64,000 nucleotides of DNA from a virus: positions 36,178 to 100,177 of the IMG/VR virus record IMGVR_UViG_3300037261_000082. One strand, written 5' to 3'. Both the position numbers and the translations under genes were made by a program. Positions 1 to 9,927 of the stretch are shown here, in pieces. Each line of letters begins with the position of its first letter. Within the stretch, counting starts at the first letter, position 1. Under the pieces are notes generated by a model, which ran no database searches, had not been told where the DNA came from, and saw nothing but the letters and a program-made list of their open reading frames with translations.

Positions 1-59
1 TGGCTCAGGAAATGGCATATAATGGGTAGGATGAATGGGGTTGCCATACTCGAAAGAAC

Positions 60-278
60 TTAAAGACTACGCAGAACCTGATGCGGTCCCTGAATCTTTA
101 CCAAAATGCGATACCATTTATTTCCTTTAGTGTGAGCTTCCAAATACAAACCAAGAGAACTGGCCTTCATAAGGGCTGCACGGCTGTCAGCACCTACACC
201 GTCGGAAGCATAAACATGATCACCCTCAAAACATAAACGTATATTAGACGCAACAGACTTCATTTTTACTTTTGCCAT
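60..278 (-). CDS. Small hypothetical protein
   Basis: 72-aa ORF preceded by an AAGGAG RBS, divergent from the large virion gene. Confidence 0.55.
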   Translation of the reverse strand: MAKVKMKSVASNIRLCFEGDHVYASDGVGADSRAALMKASSLGLYLEAHTKGNKWYRILVKIQGPHQVLRSL

Positions 279-332
279 ACCGAGTCTCCTTTCCCTAATT
301 AAACATACTAACCTCTAATCCGGCAAAACTAA

Positions 333-3300
333 ATGGCTGATATCAACGACTTTGTACCTGACACTACTCCGGCTCCTGTTCCGGTGCCACAGCACGACGA
401 CTTCGTGCCTGATGTGGCACACGATGATTTTGTGCCTGATGCTCCTCATGGGCGTGCCCCCTTGGTATCTGCAGTAGGAGCTTCTGAAGCAGCACCAGCT
501 TCCGGTGAAAGCAACATGCTTTCTGACGTGCCTCATGAAGTGTATGAAGCAGGTAAATCTGCTTTGACTGACATTAATGCTGGGCTGAACCCTTGGTCGG
601 AGGAAAACAAAGCTGCTGAAGCAAAGAAAGCTAACGCACCTACTTTTTTGAGTGGTCTATCTGCGCAAGCTAGCGACTTGGGACGAGTTGGTAAGGGGCT
701 TATGGGAATTCCGGCTCTTGCTGTGGCTCCAATTACTGGTGCTGCTCGGTCGTTAATTGGGCACCCGTTAGCTACAGCAGAACACACTGCTGGTACTATA
801 ATTGCTCCGGAAATTGCAGCGAAAGACAATCCGGATGAAATGTACCGTACTGCAAAGGAGGGCGTTGATACGGCTATGATGGGGCTACGCCCGGCTGGTG
901 CGCCTGTGCTTCGTGCTCCCCCGTCAGGACTTCCTCGTGGCCCCTATGAAATTCCTCCTACTAAGCCTGCTCTGGCTTGGGAAGCTCCTACAAAACCACA
1001 GCCTCCTACTCCACCGGCCTTAACACCACAGAATCGTCCTTTTGGTGTTACCCTTAGTCAAGGTGAAGTTGAGGGTGATTTAGCTAAGCGCATGGCTGAG
1101 CAAAATGCCATTCGTAGTGGCGACCCTCATGCTAGGGCTTTCGCTGATCAACGTGCTGCGGAATTAGCACGGTCTCGTGAGGACTTAACAGCTCAATTAG
1201 ATCCAACCCAGCAACTTGTTGAGTCCCCTCATGCTGCTGCAGAAAAGATTATTGGGGAACTGCAAGCCCAAAGCCACGCTGAACAGGCTGCCACTCAGCA
1301 GCGTGAAAGTTTGCTTCAGCAGTACCATGAAGGCTACCGAAATAATCTAAGCCCTACCCATACCCAGCTAGCGTCTAATCCCATGGAAGCAGCTGATATT
1401 GTTTCTGGTTCGGTTGCGGCTTCGGCTGAACGTGCACAAGCTGCCGCAGACGCAGCCTACACTGCCTTCCGTGAGTTGCCCGGACAGTTCCATCCTGCGT
1501 CTTTTAACAAGACAGCTGACGTAATTAAGAGCAATCTTGCACGGGGCGACGACCCTACATTTATCAATCCTCAGAATACTCCCAATGCTAATACAGCATT
1601 AGGTGATCTTACAGATATTCTGGGAGATATTAGTCAGGTTCGTGATCCGGAGACGGGACAGATCATTCCTCGCCCGCCAGTTACGCCACAGCTGGTTGAG
1701 ACAGCGCGTAAGCGCCTTAATACTTCGCTCAGTAATGCATTGAGTTCTGCTCGTTCCACTGGGAACTGGGCCGACGTTAGAGCTATGCGTCAGGTAATTG
1801 ACGAGTTTGATGGCCAGGTTCTAAAGAAACTAGACACTACCTTTACCGGGGGTGACCCTCGTGACGTTTCGTCTACCTTAAAATGGGCACGTGGGCAGTA
1901 TGCTGAGTACCGCAAGACATTTACTCCGCAAGGTGCTGGCGATGTAGTTGGCCCTGCTATTCAGAAGATTGTTGGGCGTCAGGAAGGACAGGCTGCTGCT
2001 CCCGAAGAAATTAAGTCTATGCTCTACGGAAATGGGCAGCTGCCGCCTAAGATAGCACGGCGGCTGGTTGATATGTTTGGGGTCAACTCGCCTGAGATAG
2101 GAGCCATTAAGCAGGGCCTTTTCTCCTCTATTACTGAGCGCCCGCCAGGAGCAACAGCCTGGGGGCCAGCACAGGTAGCGGATCGTATTGATGCTGCGGC
2201 AAATAGCACCCTTACGCGGGCTTACCTTAACCCAACTGAGATTAAGGATCTGCAGCGGTACGGGCGGGCCTTGCGTCAGCACGACGCAGTTACTAACGCA
2301 CCCCAGGACAGTGTTGGGAGTATTATCTCAAAGCTGACGGGTACGGATACTGCTGAACCTGCTAGCCTGCAAGCTGCTGTTAACCGGCTATTCAAGAATA
2401 CTCTCACCGGAGAGTCCAATTCTGTTGCCCTTATTAATGAGTTGAAAACACGACTAAGCCCTGAAGCCTTTACTACATTTAAGCAGGGCTTATTTCAGTA
2501 CGCAGTAAGTCCCGGTGAAAACCTGGAAGCTTGGGGACCGCAGAAGATTGCCACCAATCTCAATAAACTATTGAATACTACAGGGCGTCAAGGTGCAGCT
2601 GCTGTCTATTCACCCCAGGAGCGGGCTACGCTGCAGGCTTATGCCAACTTGATGGGCAAGATAACGATGCCTCCTGGCACATACTTCCCGTCTGCACCAG
2701 GTATTAATGCTATGATGTCTACAGTGGCAAACCGCATTGGGCAAGTCATAGGTGCGCTTGTGGGGCGTTCATTGACTCCTGGGCTGCCGCTCATTGGTGA
2801 GTTTGCCGGTATCACCATTGGCGGAAAGCTGGAAAGAGCCTTAGAGAAATTGCATGGTGGTGTTAGTAAGCAATTGCCTCTCGTAACTAATGAGATGCAG
2901 AAATGGCAACGTGCTCAGGCTCGTGCTGCTAAGAATCCCAATTGGGCAACTAAGCAAGGTGCATTACTTGCTACAACGAGTCTGCAGAATTCTCTACGCC
3001 CTCTCGGAATTGACTTCAGTAGGTTGCAATTGCCAGGCCCAGGCACAGCCCAGGATCAGCAACCTCAGCAGCGGGCTGATGGTGGTGCAACAGACAATGC
3101 ACCTACTCCCCCAGCAGGTCCTCGCCCATTTGGTTGGCCTCCTCATTTGCCTTGGGACCAACCGTCTCAGAAAGGCTCAGCACAAGCACCAATAGATAAG
3201 AGAGCTGATGGTGGTGCAACAGACGATAATCCTGACGTAGGGAGTAATTACGTCACACGTCGCACTGCCCCTTTTCCGGAAAAGCCTGAGGGCTACGAAT

Positions 3301-4487
3301 ATATTGAAGCCAAAGGGGCCGGGGCTGATACTCCAGGCCCTATTGCTACACCCTTATCCAGCGGGCTAGAGACGCTTGCAGGGGCGGTAGGTGCGCCTGA
3401 GCCTAGCCCAACCCCCTCTACCCTCGAAGAAGCGCCTGCAGGAGGCCCTGCAGACTGGTCTACAGCGGGGTTTGGCCCGTCTGTGGATACTAGTGAAGGG
3501 TTAGGCAGTAAGGCGTTGAATAGACTTACTGGCGCTGGTGGTGAAGAACGCCTTCAGACTTGGCCTGAGAAAATGGTCCGTTCTGGCACAACCCTTGCAG
3601 GTGACGTGCTGTCTGGGCAAGAACCTGACTTGACTGGATTGCGTAGAGAGGATTTTACGGACGAGCCACGTCCGGGTGGTTTTACGGTTGCTGCCGAACC
3701 TCAGGATGCCCTTATTCAACGTACCCAGGACATGGCTGCGTTGGCGGGTGGTGCAGGAATTCCTAATGCTGAGGAAGGTGCGTTGGGAATGGCTGGAGGA
3801 AAATTAACCCAACCTCCTATGGAGCAGGCCCTTAGCCGGGGCATGCCATTATTCTCGGACACGGCTAAGCCAGGGGCGGCGTTGAGTGGGTTAGAGAATA
3901 AACTTAAGAAAGTTTCTGATGCACCAATTCAGGGGGAGTACCAATTAAACAATGATCCTGATTTAAGGTTTATTGCTGACCATGGTAAAAATTGGAAAGC
4001 TGGTGAATTAGCTCCTGGCAACTATTTAGGTAAAGAGGCTGAGTGTCACTGGAATGTTGCTCGTTTATTTCATGATGGTAAAATTGATCAAGTAGTAGTT
4101 GGTTACGCAGAAAATGCTGATGGGTGGCACCAGCATACTTGGGGATTAAAGGCTGGGAAAGTTGTGGAGACTACACGTTCTAACACTGAGAATAAAAATT
4201 GGTACGGGGCGCCATTAAGTAATGCGCAGTCAACACAATTTTCCAATTATGTGTTAAAGCCTAAAAATAGCCCTGGAAAAGGAAATGTTCGTACAACTCA
4301 AGGGTCACATCGTATCTTACAAAATGCTGGTATTGTTGGCACGCCATTGAGTGCTAATAAAACTCGTTCCAATCAAAACCATATTCCAAGGCCAATAGCC
4401 CAGCAGCCACACCCCGGTCAACCAGCCCAGGAGCAAAACCGTGCGCATGGTGGGCGGGTTAATCCGGCCAATATCAAAAAGTTTTAG
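333..4487 (+). CDS. Large virion internal/DNA-ejection-type protein (modular)
   Basis: 1384 aa, Ala/Pro/Gln-rich; N-terminal DFVPD repeats; RADGG/RAHGG motifs; C-terminal CHWN..HQHTW domain; lies just before the lysis genes. Function is inferred from position and composition. Confidence 0.55.
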   Translation: MADINDFVPDTTPAPVPVPQHDDFVPDVAHDDFVPDAPHGRAPLVSAVGASEAAPASGESNMLSDVPHEVYEAGKSALTDINAGLNPWSEENKAAEAKKANAPTFLSGLSAQASDLGRVGKGLMGIPALAVAPITGAARSLIGHPLATAEHTAGTIIAPEIAAKDNPDEMYRTAKEGVDTAMMGLRPAGAPVLRAPPSGLPRGPYEIPPTKPALAWEAPTKPQPPTPPALTPQNRPFGVTLSQGEVEGDLAKRMAEQNAIRSGDPHARAFADQRAAELARSREDLTAQLDPTQQLVESPHAAAEKIIGELQAQSHAEQAATQQRESLLQQYHEGYRNNLSPTHTQLASNPMEAADIVSGSVAASAERAQAAADAAYTAFRELPGQFHPASFNKTADVIKSNLARGDDPTFINPQNTPNANTALGDLTDILGDISQVRDPETGQIIPRPPVTPQLVETARKRLNTSLSNALSSARSTGNWADVRAMRQVIDEFDGQVLKKLDTTFTGGDPRDVSSTLKWARGQYAEYRKTFTPQGAGDVVGPAIQKIVGRQEGQAAAPEEIKSMLYGNGQLPPKIARRLVDMFGVNSPEIGAIKQGLFSSITERPPGATAWGPAQVADRIDAAANSTLTRAYLNPTEIKDLQRYGRALRQHDAVTNAPQDSVGSIISKLTGTDTAEPASLQAAVNRLFKNTLTGESNSVALINELKTRLSPEAFTTFKQGLFQYAVSPGENLEAWGPQKIATNLNKLLNTTGRQGAAAVYSPQERATLQAYANLMGKITMPPGTYFPSAPGINAMMSTVANRIGQVIGALVGRSLTPGLPLIGEFAGITIGGKLERALEKLHGGVSKQLPLVTNEMQKWQRAQARAAKNPNWATKQGALLATTSLQNSLRPLGIDFSRLQLPGPGTAQDQQPQQRADGGATDNAPTPPAGPRPFGWPPHLPWDQPSQKGSAQAPIDKRADGGATDDNPDVGSNYVTRRTAPFPEKPEGYEYIEAKGAGADTPGPIATPLSSGLETLAGAVGAPEPSPTPSTLEEAPAGGPADWSTAGFGPSVDTSEGLGSKALNRLTGAGGEERLQTWPEKMVRSGTTLAGDVLSGQEPDLTGLRREDFTDEPRPGGFTVAAEPQDALIQRTQDMAALAGGAGIPNAEEGALGMAGGKLTQPPMEQALSRGMPLFSDTAKPGAALSGLENKLKKVSDAPIQGEYQLNNDPDLRFIADHGKNWKAGELAPGNYLGKEAECHWNVARLFHDGKIDQVVVGYAENADGWHQHTWGLKAGKVVETTRSNTENKNWYGAPLSNAQSTQFSNYVLKPKNSPGKGNVRTTQGSHRILQNAGIVGTPLSANKTRSNQNHIPRPIAQQPHPGQPAQEQNRAHGGRVNPANIKKF

Positions 4488-4499
4488 GTGGACTTTCTT

Positions 4500-5360
4500 A
4501 TGTGGTATCACTACGTCTATATTCACTATAAAGCTGATAACGATGTTCCTTTTTACGTTGGAAAGGGACATGTAAGCAAGAAAGCTAAGGAACAGGTTTT
4601 TAAGCGTGCGAACGAGCCACGCTTGAAGAATTTACATTGGGCAAATACTGTCAAAACGCACGGGTTACGGGTAGCAATCTTTGCTTCTTGCTCCTCAGAC
4701 GAGGAAGCACAACGCTTAGAAAAAGTTCTTATTGCTGAATTTGGCCGTAAGGATTTAGGGAGGGGATCTTTAATTAATCGTACTGACGGGGGCGAGGGGA
4801 GTTGTGGTATGATTATTTCCCCAAAACACCGAGAACGGTTAAGTGTTTCTCTTACAGGAAGAAAAGGGAAGCCATTTTCTCTGGAGCAAAAAGAGGAGAT
4901 GAGTAGGAGAAAAAAGATGCAGTATGCTAACGGTTGCAAGACAACAAAAGGTTACCATCATACATTAGAAACTAAAGCAGTGCTGTCTGCTAAAAATAAG
5001 GGACGCAAGGCTTTCTTTTCGGAAGAACATAAAGCTAATATATCTGCGGCAAAGAAGAACAAACCTTCTACCTTGAAAGGTAAGAAGAGGCCTCCTTTTT
5101 CGTCTGAATGGCGTGCAAATCTGTCAGCAGCGGCAACTAGGCGCTATGCTAAGGAAGAAGGGAGAGCTGCCAGCCGCGCAGCTTGGGAAAAAGTAAAAGT
5201 AAATAATCCTAATTGGCGCCAAGACCTGCTTGAGAGATCAGCAAAAGGTGCACGCCAACGTAGCCTAAACGCTAAGATTAGAAGAGAATTAAAAGCCCAA
5301 ACTCCTCCTATAAGGTTTCCAGAAAATGCACATAATGCTGTATTAAGTTTTGGAGCGTAA
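4500..5360 (+). CDS. GIY-YIG-type homing endonuclease with NUMOD3-like repeats
   Basis: YVYIH..PFYVGKG, RA, E..LI, LINRTDGGEG motifs; basic repeats such as HTLETKAVLS and FSEEHKANIS. Alternative GTG start at 4488. Confidence 0.8.
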   Translation: MWYHYVYIHYKADNDVPFYVGKGHVSKKAKEQVFKRANEPRLKNLHWANTVKTHGLRVAIFASCSSDEEAQRLEKVLIAEFGRKDLGRGSLINRTDGGEGSCGMIISPKHRERLSVSLTGRKGKPFSLEQKEEMSRRKKMQYANGCKTTKGYHHTLETKAVLSAKNKGRKAFFSEEHKANISAAKKNKPSTLKGKKRPPFSSEWRANLSAAATRRYAKEEGRAASRAAWEKVKVNNPNWRQDLLERSAKGARQRSLNAKIRRELKAQTPPIRFPENAHNAVLSFGA

Positions 5361-5475
5361 GTGCTCCCATTTCCGTCGTAAGCGTCTTTGACGGTTAAAA
5401 CTGTTCGTGCTTAGGCAATAGCGGCACGGTCTGATTACGCCTTATACTAACCCACAACCCACTTAGGAGGATACA

Positions 5476-5703
5476 ATGGATCTCGCAATCGCTTTAGGTA
5501 TTACCCTGCTCGTTGGCATCGCTCTCGGTGCTATCGGCGTGCACTACATTCATAATGTAGCCAGTGCGGCTACACGTGCAGTTACCGTACCTGGTAGCGC
5601 TGCTGCAACTACTCCAGCCGTGGTCAGCGATGTAGCGGCTAGCCTTCAAAAGCAAATCAGTGATCTTGAAGCTAAGCTAGCCGCAGCAGCCCCAAAGGTG
5701 TAA
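5476..5703 (+). CDS. Small membrane-anchored protein
   Basis: N-terminal TM helix and C-terminal coiled coil; strong TAGGAGG RBS. Confidence 0.7.
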   Translation: MDLAIALGITLLVGIALGAIGVHYIHNVASAATRAVTVPGSAAATTPAVVSDVAASLQKQISDLEAKLAAAAPKV

Positions 5704-5709
5704 CCAGCC

Positions 5710-6369
5710 ATGACAATAAATTTGAAGGTGTTGGACCTTAGTCATCATAACTGTGGCCCTAGCGGCGACCCTAATGATCCTATCGATTTTGAGGCCATCG
5801 CTGCCTATGGCGTCAAGGGGATTATCCATAAGGCTAGCCAGGGGACCGGCGTGGTTGACCACAAGTATGCAGAACGGCGCACTGCTGCTGTGGCTGCCGG
5901 ACTTCTCTGGGGCGCTTACCACTTTGCTACTGGTGATGATGTTGATGCACAGGTTAAGCATTTTCTGGACTGTGCCCAACCTGACGCTAGCACGCTGACG
6001 GCACTTGATCATGAACCAAATGGGGGGAATGAGTTGGACCTTGCTGGTGCGCGTTCCTTCATGGAAAGTTTGCGTGATCAAAACTCAGGTAAGAATCCTG
6101 TCATCTATAGTGGCAATCTGATTAAGGAACAGATGGCTAAGGATGACAGCCAGAACGACTTCTTTGGTAGCTTCCGGCTATGGTTGTGTCAATATGGTCC
6201 AAATGCGGTTCTTCCCCCAGCATGGGACAGGTACTGGCTCTGGCAGTTTGCCGGCGATGGAACAAACTCACATGGTATTGTGGTCCCTGGCATTTTTGCT
6301 GGCAGCAAAGTTGATATGAATACCTGGGATGGCACGGATGAGGACTTAGCTGCCCAATGGGCAACCTAA
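5710..6369 (+). CDS. Endolysin, GH25 muramidase
   Basis: DLSHHN, HKASQG, GAYHF, LDHE (DxE), IYSG, LWQF and VDMN motifs of GH25. Confidence 0.92.
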   Translation: MTINLKVLDLSHHNCGPSGDPNDPIDFEAIAAYGVKGIIHKASQGTGVVDHKYAERRTAAVAAGLLWGAYHFATGDDVDAQVKHFLDCAQPDASTLTALDHEPNGGNELDLAGARSFMESLRDQNSGKNPVIYSGNLIKEQMAKDDSQNDFFGSFRLWLCQYGPNAVLPPAWDRYWLWQFAGDGTNSHGIVVPGIFAGSKVDMNTWDGTDEDLAAQWAT

Positions 6370-6759
6370 ATGCCGGAACCGGATGCACTTGCCAATGAGG
6401 GATGGTTTAACAACAGGTGGAGGCCCGCAATGGCGTGGCTGTGGTTCACAACCTCAGCCTTTGACTTTATTTTGTTTCCTATCCTAAATGCCTTTGCTGC
6501 TGGTGTGAAAATGATACCCTACGCTCCTTGGGATCCCATAACACTTAAGGGGGGTGGGCTGTTTCACATGGCAATGGGCGCGGTAGTTGGGGTTGCTACG
6601 TGGCAAAGGACGCAAGAAAAACTAGCGATCATGCGGACCGACAGTGGTTCATATAGCGAGAGTAGCCACACCATTGAAACGGTCACGTCTAAGGACGCGG
6701 TTAAGCCAACTACTACATCACCGTCCACTTCACCAACAGTTTCATCGAGGGCCGATTAA
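6370..6759 (+). CDS. Holin (GTA holin 3TM-like)
   Basis: WRPAMAW..FDFILFP..GGLFHMAMGAVVG..RTQEK pattern; directly after the endolysin. Confidence 0.8.
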   Translation: MPEPDALANEGWFNNRWRPAMAWLWFTTSAFDFILFPILNAFAAGVKMIPYAPWDPITLKGGGLFHMAMGAVVGVATWQRTQEKLAIMRTDSGSYSESSHTIETVTSKDAVKPTTTSPSTSPTVSSRAD

Positions 6760-7121
6760 TGTTAACAATGGTATGGCACTGGTTTACCGGGTGGCTAATT
6801 AGTTGGGGCGGTGTTGGTGGGGCCATTGCCGTTGGAGCATGGGCCTTATGGTTTTTCTGTCCTGCTGGGTTGCTCACTTACAAAACACAACTGATGTATA
6901 TTGCTATTGCTGCAACTGTAATTGCAATTACAAACACGCATTCATATACCACGGGCTACAACAGAGGTCGTTCAGAAGTTCTTCACGCGGTAGCAGCGCA
7001 GGACGCGAAGGCGAAAGAAGAGGGAGATAGAGCAAATGACGACGTTCAGAAGTGCTTTGCTGGTGGTGGTAGTTGGAACATTGCTGACAGCGTGTGCGAC
7101 GCCGCCGCCAGCAACCGTTAA
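6759..7121 (+). CDS. Putative i-spanin (Rz-like)
   Basis: N-terminal TM segments and a periplasmic helix with two Cys; overlaps the following lipoprotein gene. Confidence 0.6.
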   Translation: MLTMVWHWFTGWLISWGGVGGAIAVGAWALWFFCPAGLLTYKTQLMYIAIAATVIAITNTHSYTTGYNRGRSEVLHAVAAQDAKAKEEGDRANDDVQKCFAGGGSWNIADSVCDAAASNR

Positions 7122-7461
7122 TGGTCTGAAGGCAGTCTTTCACGATCCTGGCTTTGCCGTCCAAGGCAAGACTCGTACTGATCAAGTGTGGATTAGTGCC
7201 ACACAGGAGACTGGCATCCGTGTTCTCGGTTGGGCGCGGCCGAAGGGGGTAGCAGGGAAGAAAGTAGTTCTCGTAAAAACTCACAAGGCAATTCAGACTT
7301 CTCATAAAGTGGTTATCCTGCCGAAGGCAAGACCTACAATTCTTACGCCAGCAACTCCTGCTGTTGTAACTGTCGTGCCGAAGAAACCAGTCACTACGCA
7401 ATCCCTTAGAGAGCGAATCAGGGCGCTCAATGAGAAAGTAAGAAGGCTGGAAGGCAAGTAG
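7036..7461 (+). CDS. Putative o-spanin lipoprotein (Rz1-like)
   Basis: Signal peptide with LLTAC lipobox, Pro-rich mature start, overlaps the preceding gene. Confidence 0.65.
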   Translation: MTTFRSALLVVVVGTLLTACATPPPATVNGLKAVFHDPGFAVQGKTRTDQVWISATQETGIRVLGWARPKGVAGKKVVLVKTHKAIQTSHKVVILPKARPTILTPATPAVVTVVPKKPVTTQSLRERIRALNEKVRRLEGK

Positions 7462-7463
7462 TT

Positions 7464-7841
7464 ATGCCACGACGTAAGCCACCTTCACCAACACTTGTCC
7501 ATCGGGTCGTTGCCCTTCTCAAGCGCAACCCATGGAGGACGATCTCGTTGGTTGTTACCTTGTTCATTGGCATTCCAGGGATTGGCCTCAGCTTGGAGTA
7601 CGTCAATCGTAATCTAGAACCATGGTACTGGACGAGTCATGCTTATGCTCGTGAGTTAGTTGCAGACGATCATACGTACATCATCTATCTAAAGCTACGT
7701 GATGCACGACAAGCTTTGAAAGATGCCAAGGCAGATTTGGTAAAGACCCCAGACAGTGGTACAGCGCAGCGGGCAGTTGAGTATTATGTTGACATTATAG
7801 CAAAGTATCAGAAGCAACTTGACAAAGCGGCAGGAAATTAA
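7464..7841 (+). CDS. Membrane protein, lysis region
   Basis: Single TM helix followed by a helical domain. Confidence 0.65.
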   Translation: MPRRKPPSPTLVHRVVALLKRNPWRTISLVVTLFIGIPGIGLSLEYVNRNLEPWYWTSHAYARELVADDHTYIIYLKLRDARQALKDAKADLVKTPDSGTAQRAVEYYVDIIAKYQKQLDKAAGN

Positions 7842-8338
7842 TGGCTGCAATTCCTACTAGTATAGTGACTGCAACTACTACTGACGTAGCAGCGTGGGCT
7901 GCTGTTGTACTATCAGCTACATCGATTCTATACTCATTCTTCTTTGCTAGTGTAAAGCACGCCCGCGAAATGGCTACCTTGACCGTCAAGGTTGACACTA
8001 TGTGGGGGTTTACAATGCGCCAAGCTGTTAGTCGGGCTGTAGATAATGATCTAATGAAACACAACTCCCCGCTTGAGATCACGGCGAAGGGCTACAACTA
8101 CATTAAGCCGGTAGCTCAAGAACTTTGGGAGTATTATCAGAAATTTCCCACCAGCGTAAGCAAGCTAACTGATGCTGACTTGGCCTTGGCTATTGAACGT
8201 GACTTTGGGGAACGACTATTGAAAGAAATCTGCATCCCAAATGGCCTTCTATTCGGTGAGTGCGTTATCCTTGCCATTGAAGCAATTAGGAAGAACGGTA
8301 ACTTACCACCGCACATTACATTGGGCAATGTAGCATGA
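7841..8338 (+). CDS. Membrane-anchored hypothetical protein
   Basis: N-terminal TM helix; TAATG coupling to the upstream gene. Confidence 0.65.
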   Translation: MAAIPTSIVTATTTDVAAWAAVVLSATSILYSFFFASVKHAREMATLTVKVDTMWGFTMRQAVSRAVDNDLMKHNSPLEITAKGYNYIKPVAQELWEYYQKFPTSVSKLTDADLALAIERDFGERLLKEICIPNGLLFGECVILAIEAIRKNGNLPPHITLGNVA

Positions 8339-8724
8339 GAATCTTCGGTCTTCCCTACCATCATAAAGAAAATCCACTGGACGGGGCAAGCCCAGCGGTT
8401 GTCGAACTCTATCACATGCTGGCCCACATCATAAACAACCAGGAGAAGATCATGGCTGCAATCGACGATCTCGCGGCTGCCGTAGCGGCAGAGGATACTG
8501 TTATTGACGGTGCTGTAACACTGCTCAATGGCATCCCAGCACTTATTGCGGCGGCTGGCACGGACCCGGCCAAGCTTGCTGCGCTGCAAGCTGACATCAC
8601 TGCAAAAACGACCACCCTTGCGGCGGCTGTTCTTGCAGGTACCCCAACCCCGGTTCCGGCTGCTCCGCCAGTCACGGCTGCGGCAGCCACTACTGCGGCC
8701 ACGGCTGCTGTAGCGGCGGCTTAG
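8335..8724 (+). CDS. Ala-rich helical phage protein
   Basis: ATGA overlap; internal GGAG RBS before MAAIDDL suggests a second start. Confidence 0.65.
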   Translation: MRIFGLPYHHKENPLDGASPAVVELYHMLAHIINNQEKIMAAIDDLAAAVAAEDTVIDGAVTLLNGIPALIAAAGTDPAKLAALQADITAKTTTLAAAVLAGTPTPVPAAPPVTAAAATTAATAAVAAA

Positions 8725-8739
8725 TCTCTAGTCTCGCGT

Positions 8740-8776
8740 AAGCCCAGGCCGCAATCCCTGCGGCTTGGGGGCTTTC
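8740..8776 (+). terminator. GC-rich hairpin, probable terminator
   Basis: aagcccaggccgca-atccc-tgcggcttgggggcttt after the stop codon. Confidence 0.5.
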
Positions 8777-8800
8777 ATCGTTGATCAATGAGGTAACCCC

Positions 8801-9055
8801 ATGGGGTGCTTTACTCTCGCGTGGCTTGAGCAGTTCTTAGTCTGGTGCGTGATCGTTGGAGCGATCATCGCGATCATCCGCCTTGTTGTGCCCTGGATTA
8901 TGGCTCAGGTTGGAATCCCTATGTTAGCTCAGATTGTTAATATCATTCTCTGGGCTATCGTATGTATCTTCGTGATCTACATCGTGTTCGCACTTCTGAG
9001 TTGCTTGATTGGACTGGGCGGTGGTGGGCTATCCCTGCTTCCGCCGCATAGGTAA
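8801..9055 (+). CDS. Small two-TM membrane protein
   Basis: Strongly hydrophobic 84-aa ORF with GAGG RBS. Confidence 0.7.
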   Translation: MGCFTLAWLEQFLVWCVIVGAIIAIIRLVVPWIMAQVGIPMLAQIVNIILWAIVCIFVIYIVFALLSCLIGLGGGGLSLLPPHR

Positions 9056-9300
9056 ATGCTGATGAAAGGCAACATCACTGATAATCAAGTTGTTCTTCTG
9101 GTGCTGGTGATTGCTGCCGTCATCGTTGGCGTGTATCTGGCCGGCATCGGCAACTGTTGCTAGCACGCTTAATTACCTGCCCGGTGGGGTTGTCCTATCG
9201 GGCAGCAGTATGTATAACCTACGTGTTTTCCTTCTAATCAATTAAATCCCCAGGAGGTGGGATAGATGAACTAGCCCTGAAACAAACGACAGAGGACACC

Positions 9301-9927
9301 ATGAATATTCGGGTCATGGCGGCATTCGCCGTCGCTTTCATAGCAGTTCTTCTAGCCCAACCGGCTGAAGCACGAAGCGTCAATACAAAATACCAAGTCC
9401 AGAAGCATCGCGTTATTCGTGATGTGGCACCAAGTTACGCTGCCCACACTGAGCAATTTAGTGCACGGCGGCATTCAGTGCACCGTCGCCATTACACTCG
9501 TCGCAGTGGCGGGAGTCGCCATTATGCCCGTAGGGGCGGTGGCGCTTGCGACGGTTTCCAGCGTTGCCGGTGTGGCACTACTGCCGCCCGCCATTTTGGC
9601 CTTCCATATAGTTACAAAGGCTTCAACTTGAAGCTGGCGTGGGAGTGGCAGCGCGCATTTCCACACACGTCCTTTCACGTTGGGGTAGCCGGTGTGCGCC
9701 CACATCACGTTCTTGCAGTGATTGGGGGCTCCAACTGTAGTAATGCCACTATCTCCGATGATGCTGGAACGCGTCAGCGCAACGTCTGCGGCTTTACGTT
9801 CGTGGAAGTTGGCGGGGGTGGCTTTACAAACACAGCTTCAGCCCAAACGCACAGGCACCATTCACGGATACGCCACCGTGAGAATTATCAACAGTTTACA
9901 TTTAACGGCAGGAGTGATGCCTACTAG
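9301..9927 (+). CDS. Secreted His/Arg-rich protein with a Cys/His (CHAP-like?) domain
   Basis: Signal peptide ending AEA; CRCG..LAWEW..FP..RPHHV. Confidence 0.65.
   Translation: MNIRVMAAFAVAFIAVLLAQPAEARSVNTKYQVQKHRVIRDVAPSYAAHTEQFSARRHSVHRRHYTRRSGGSRHYARRGGGACDGFQRCRCGTTAARHFGLPYSYKGFNLKLAWEWQRAFPHTSFHVGVAGVRPHHVLAVIGGSNCSNATISDDAGTRQRNVCGFTFVEVGGGGFTNTASAQTHRHHSRIRHRENYQQFTFNGRSDAY

Noticed and set aside
4488-5475. Group I intron around the GIY-YIG gene
   Set aside because: No room for or evidence of P/Q/R/S core elements, and no downstream exon identified.
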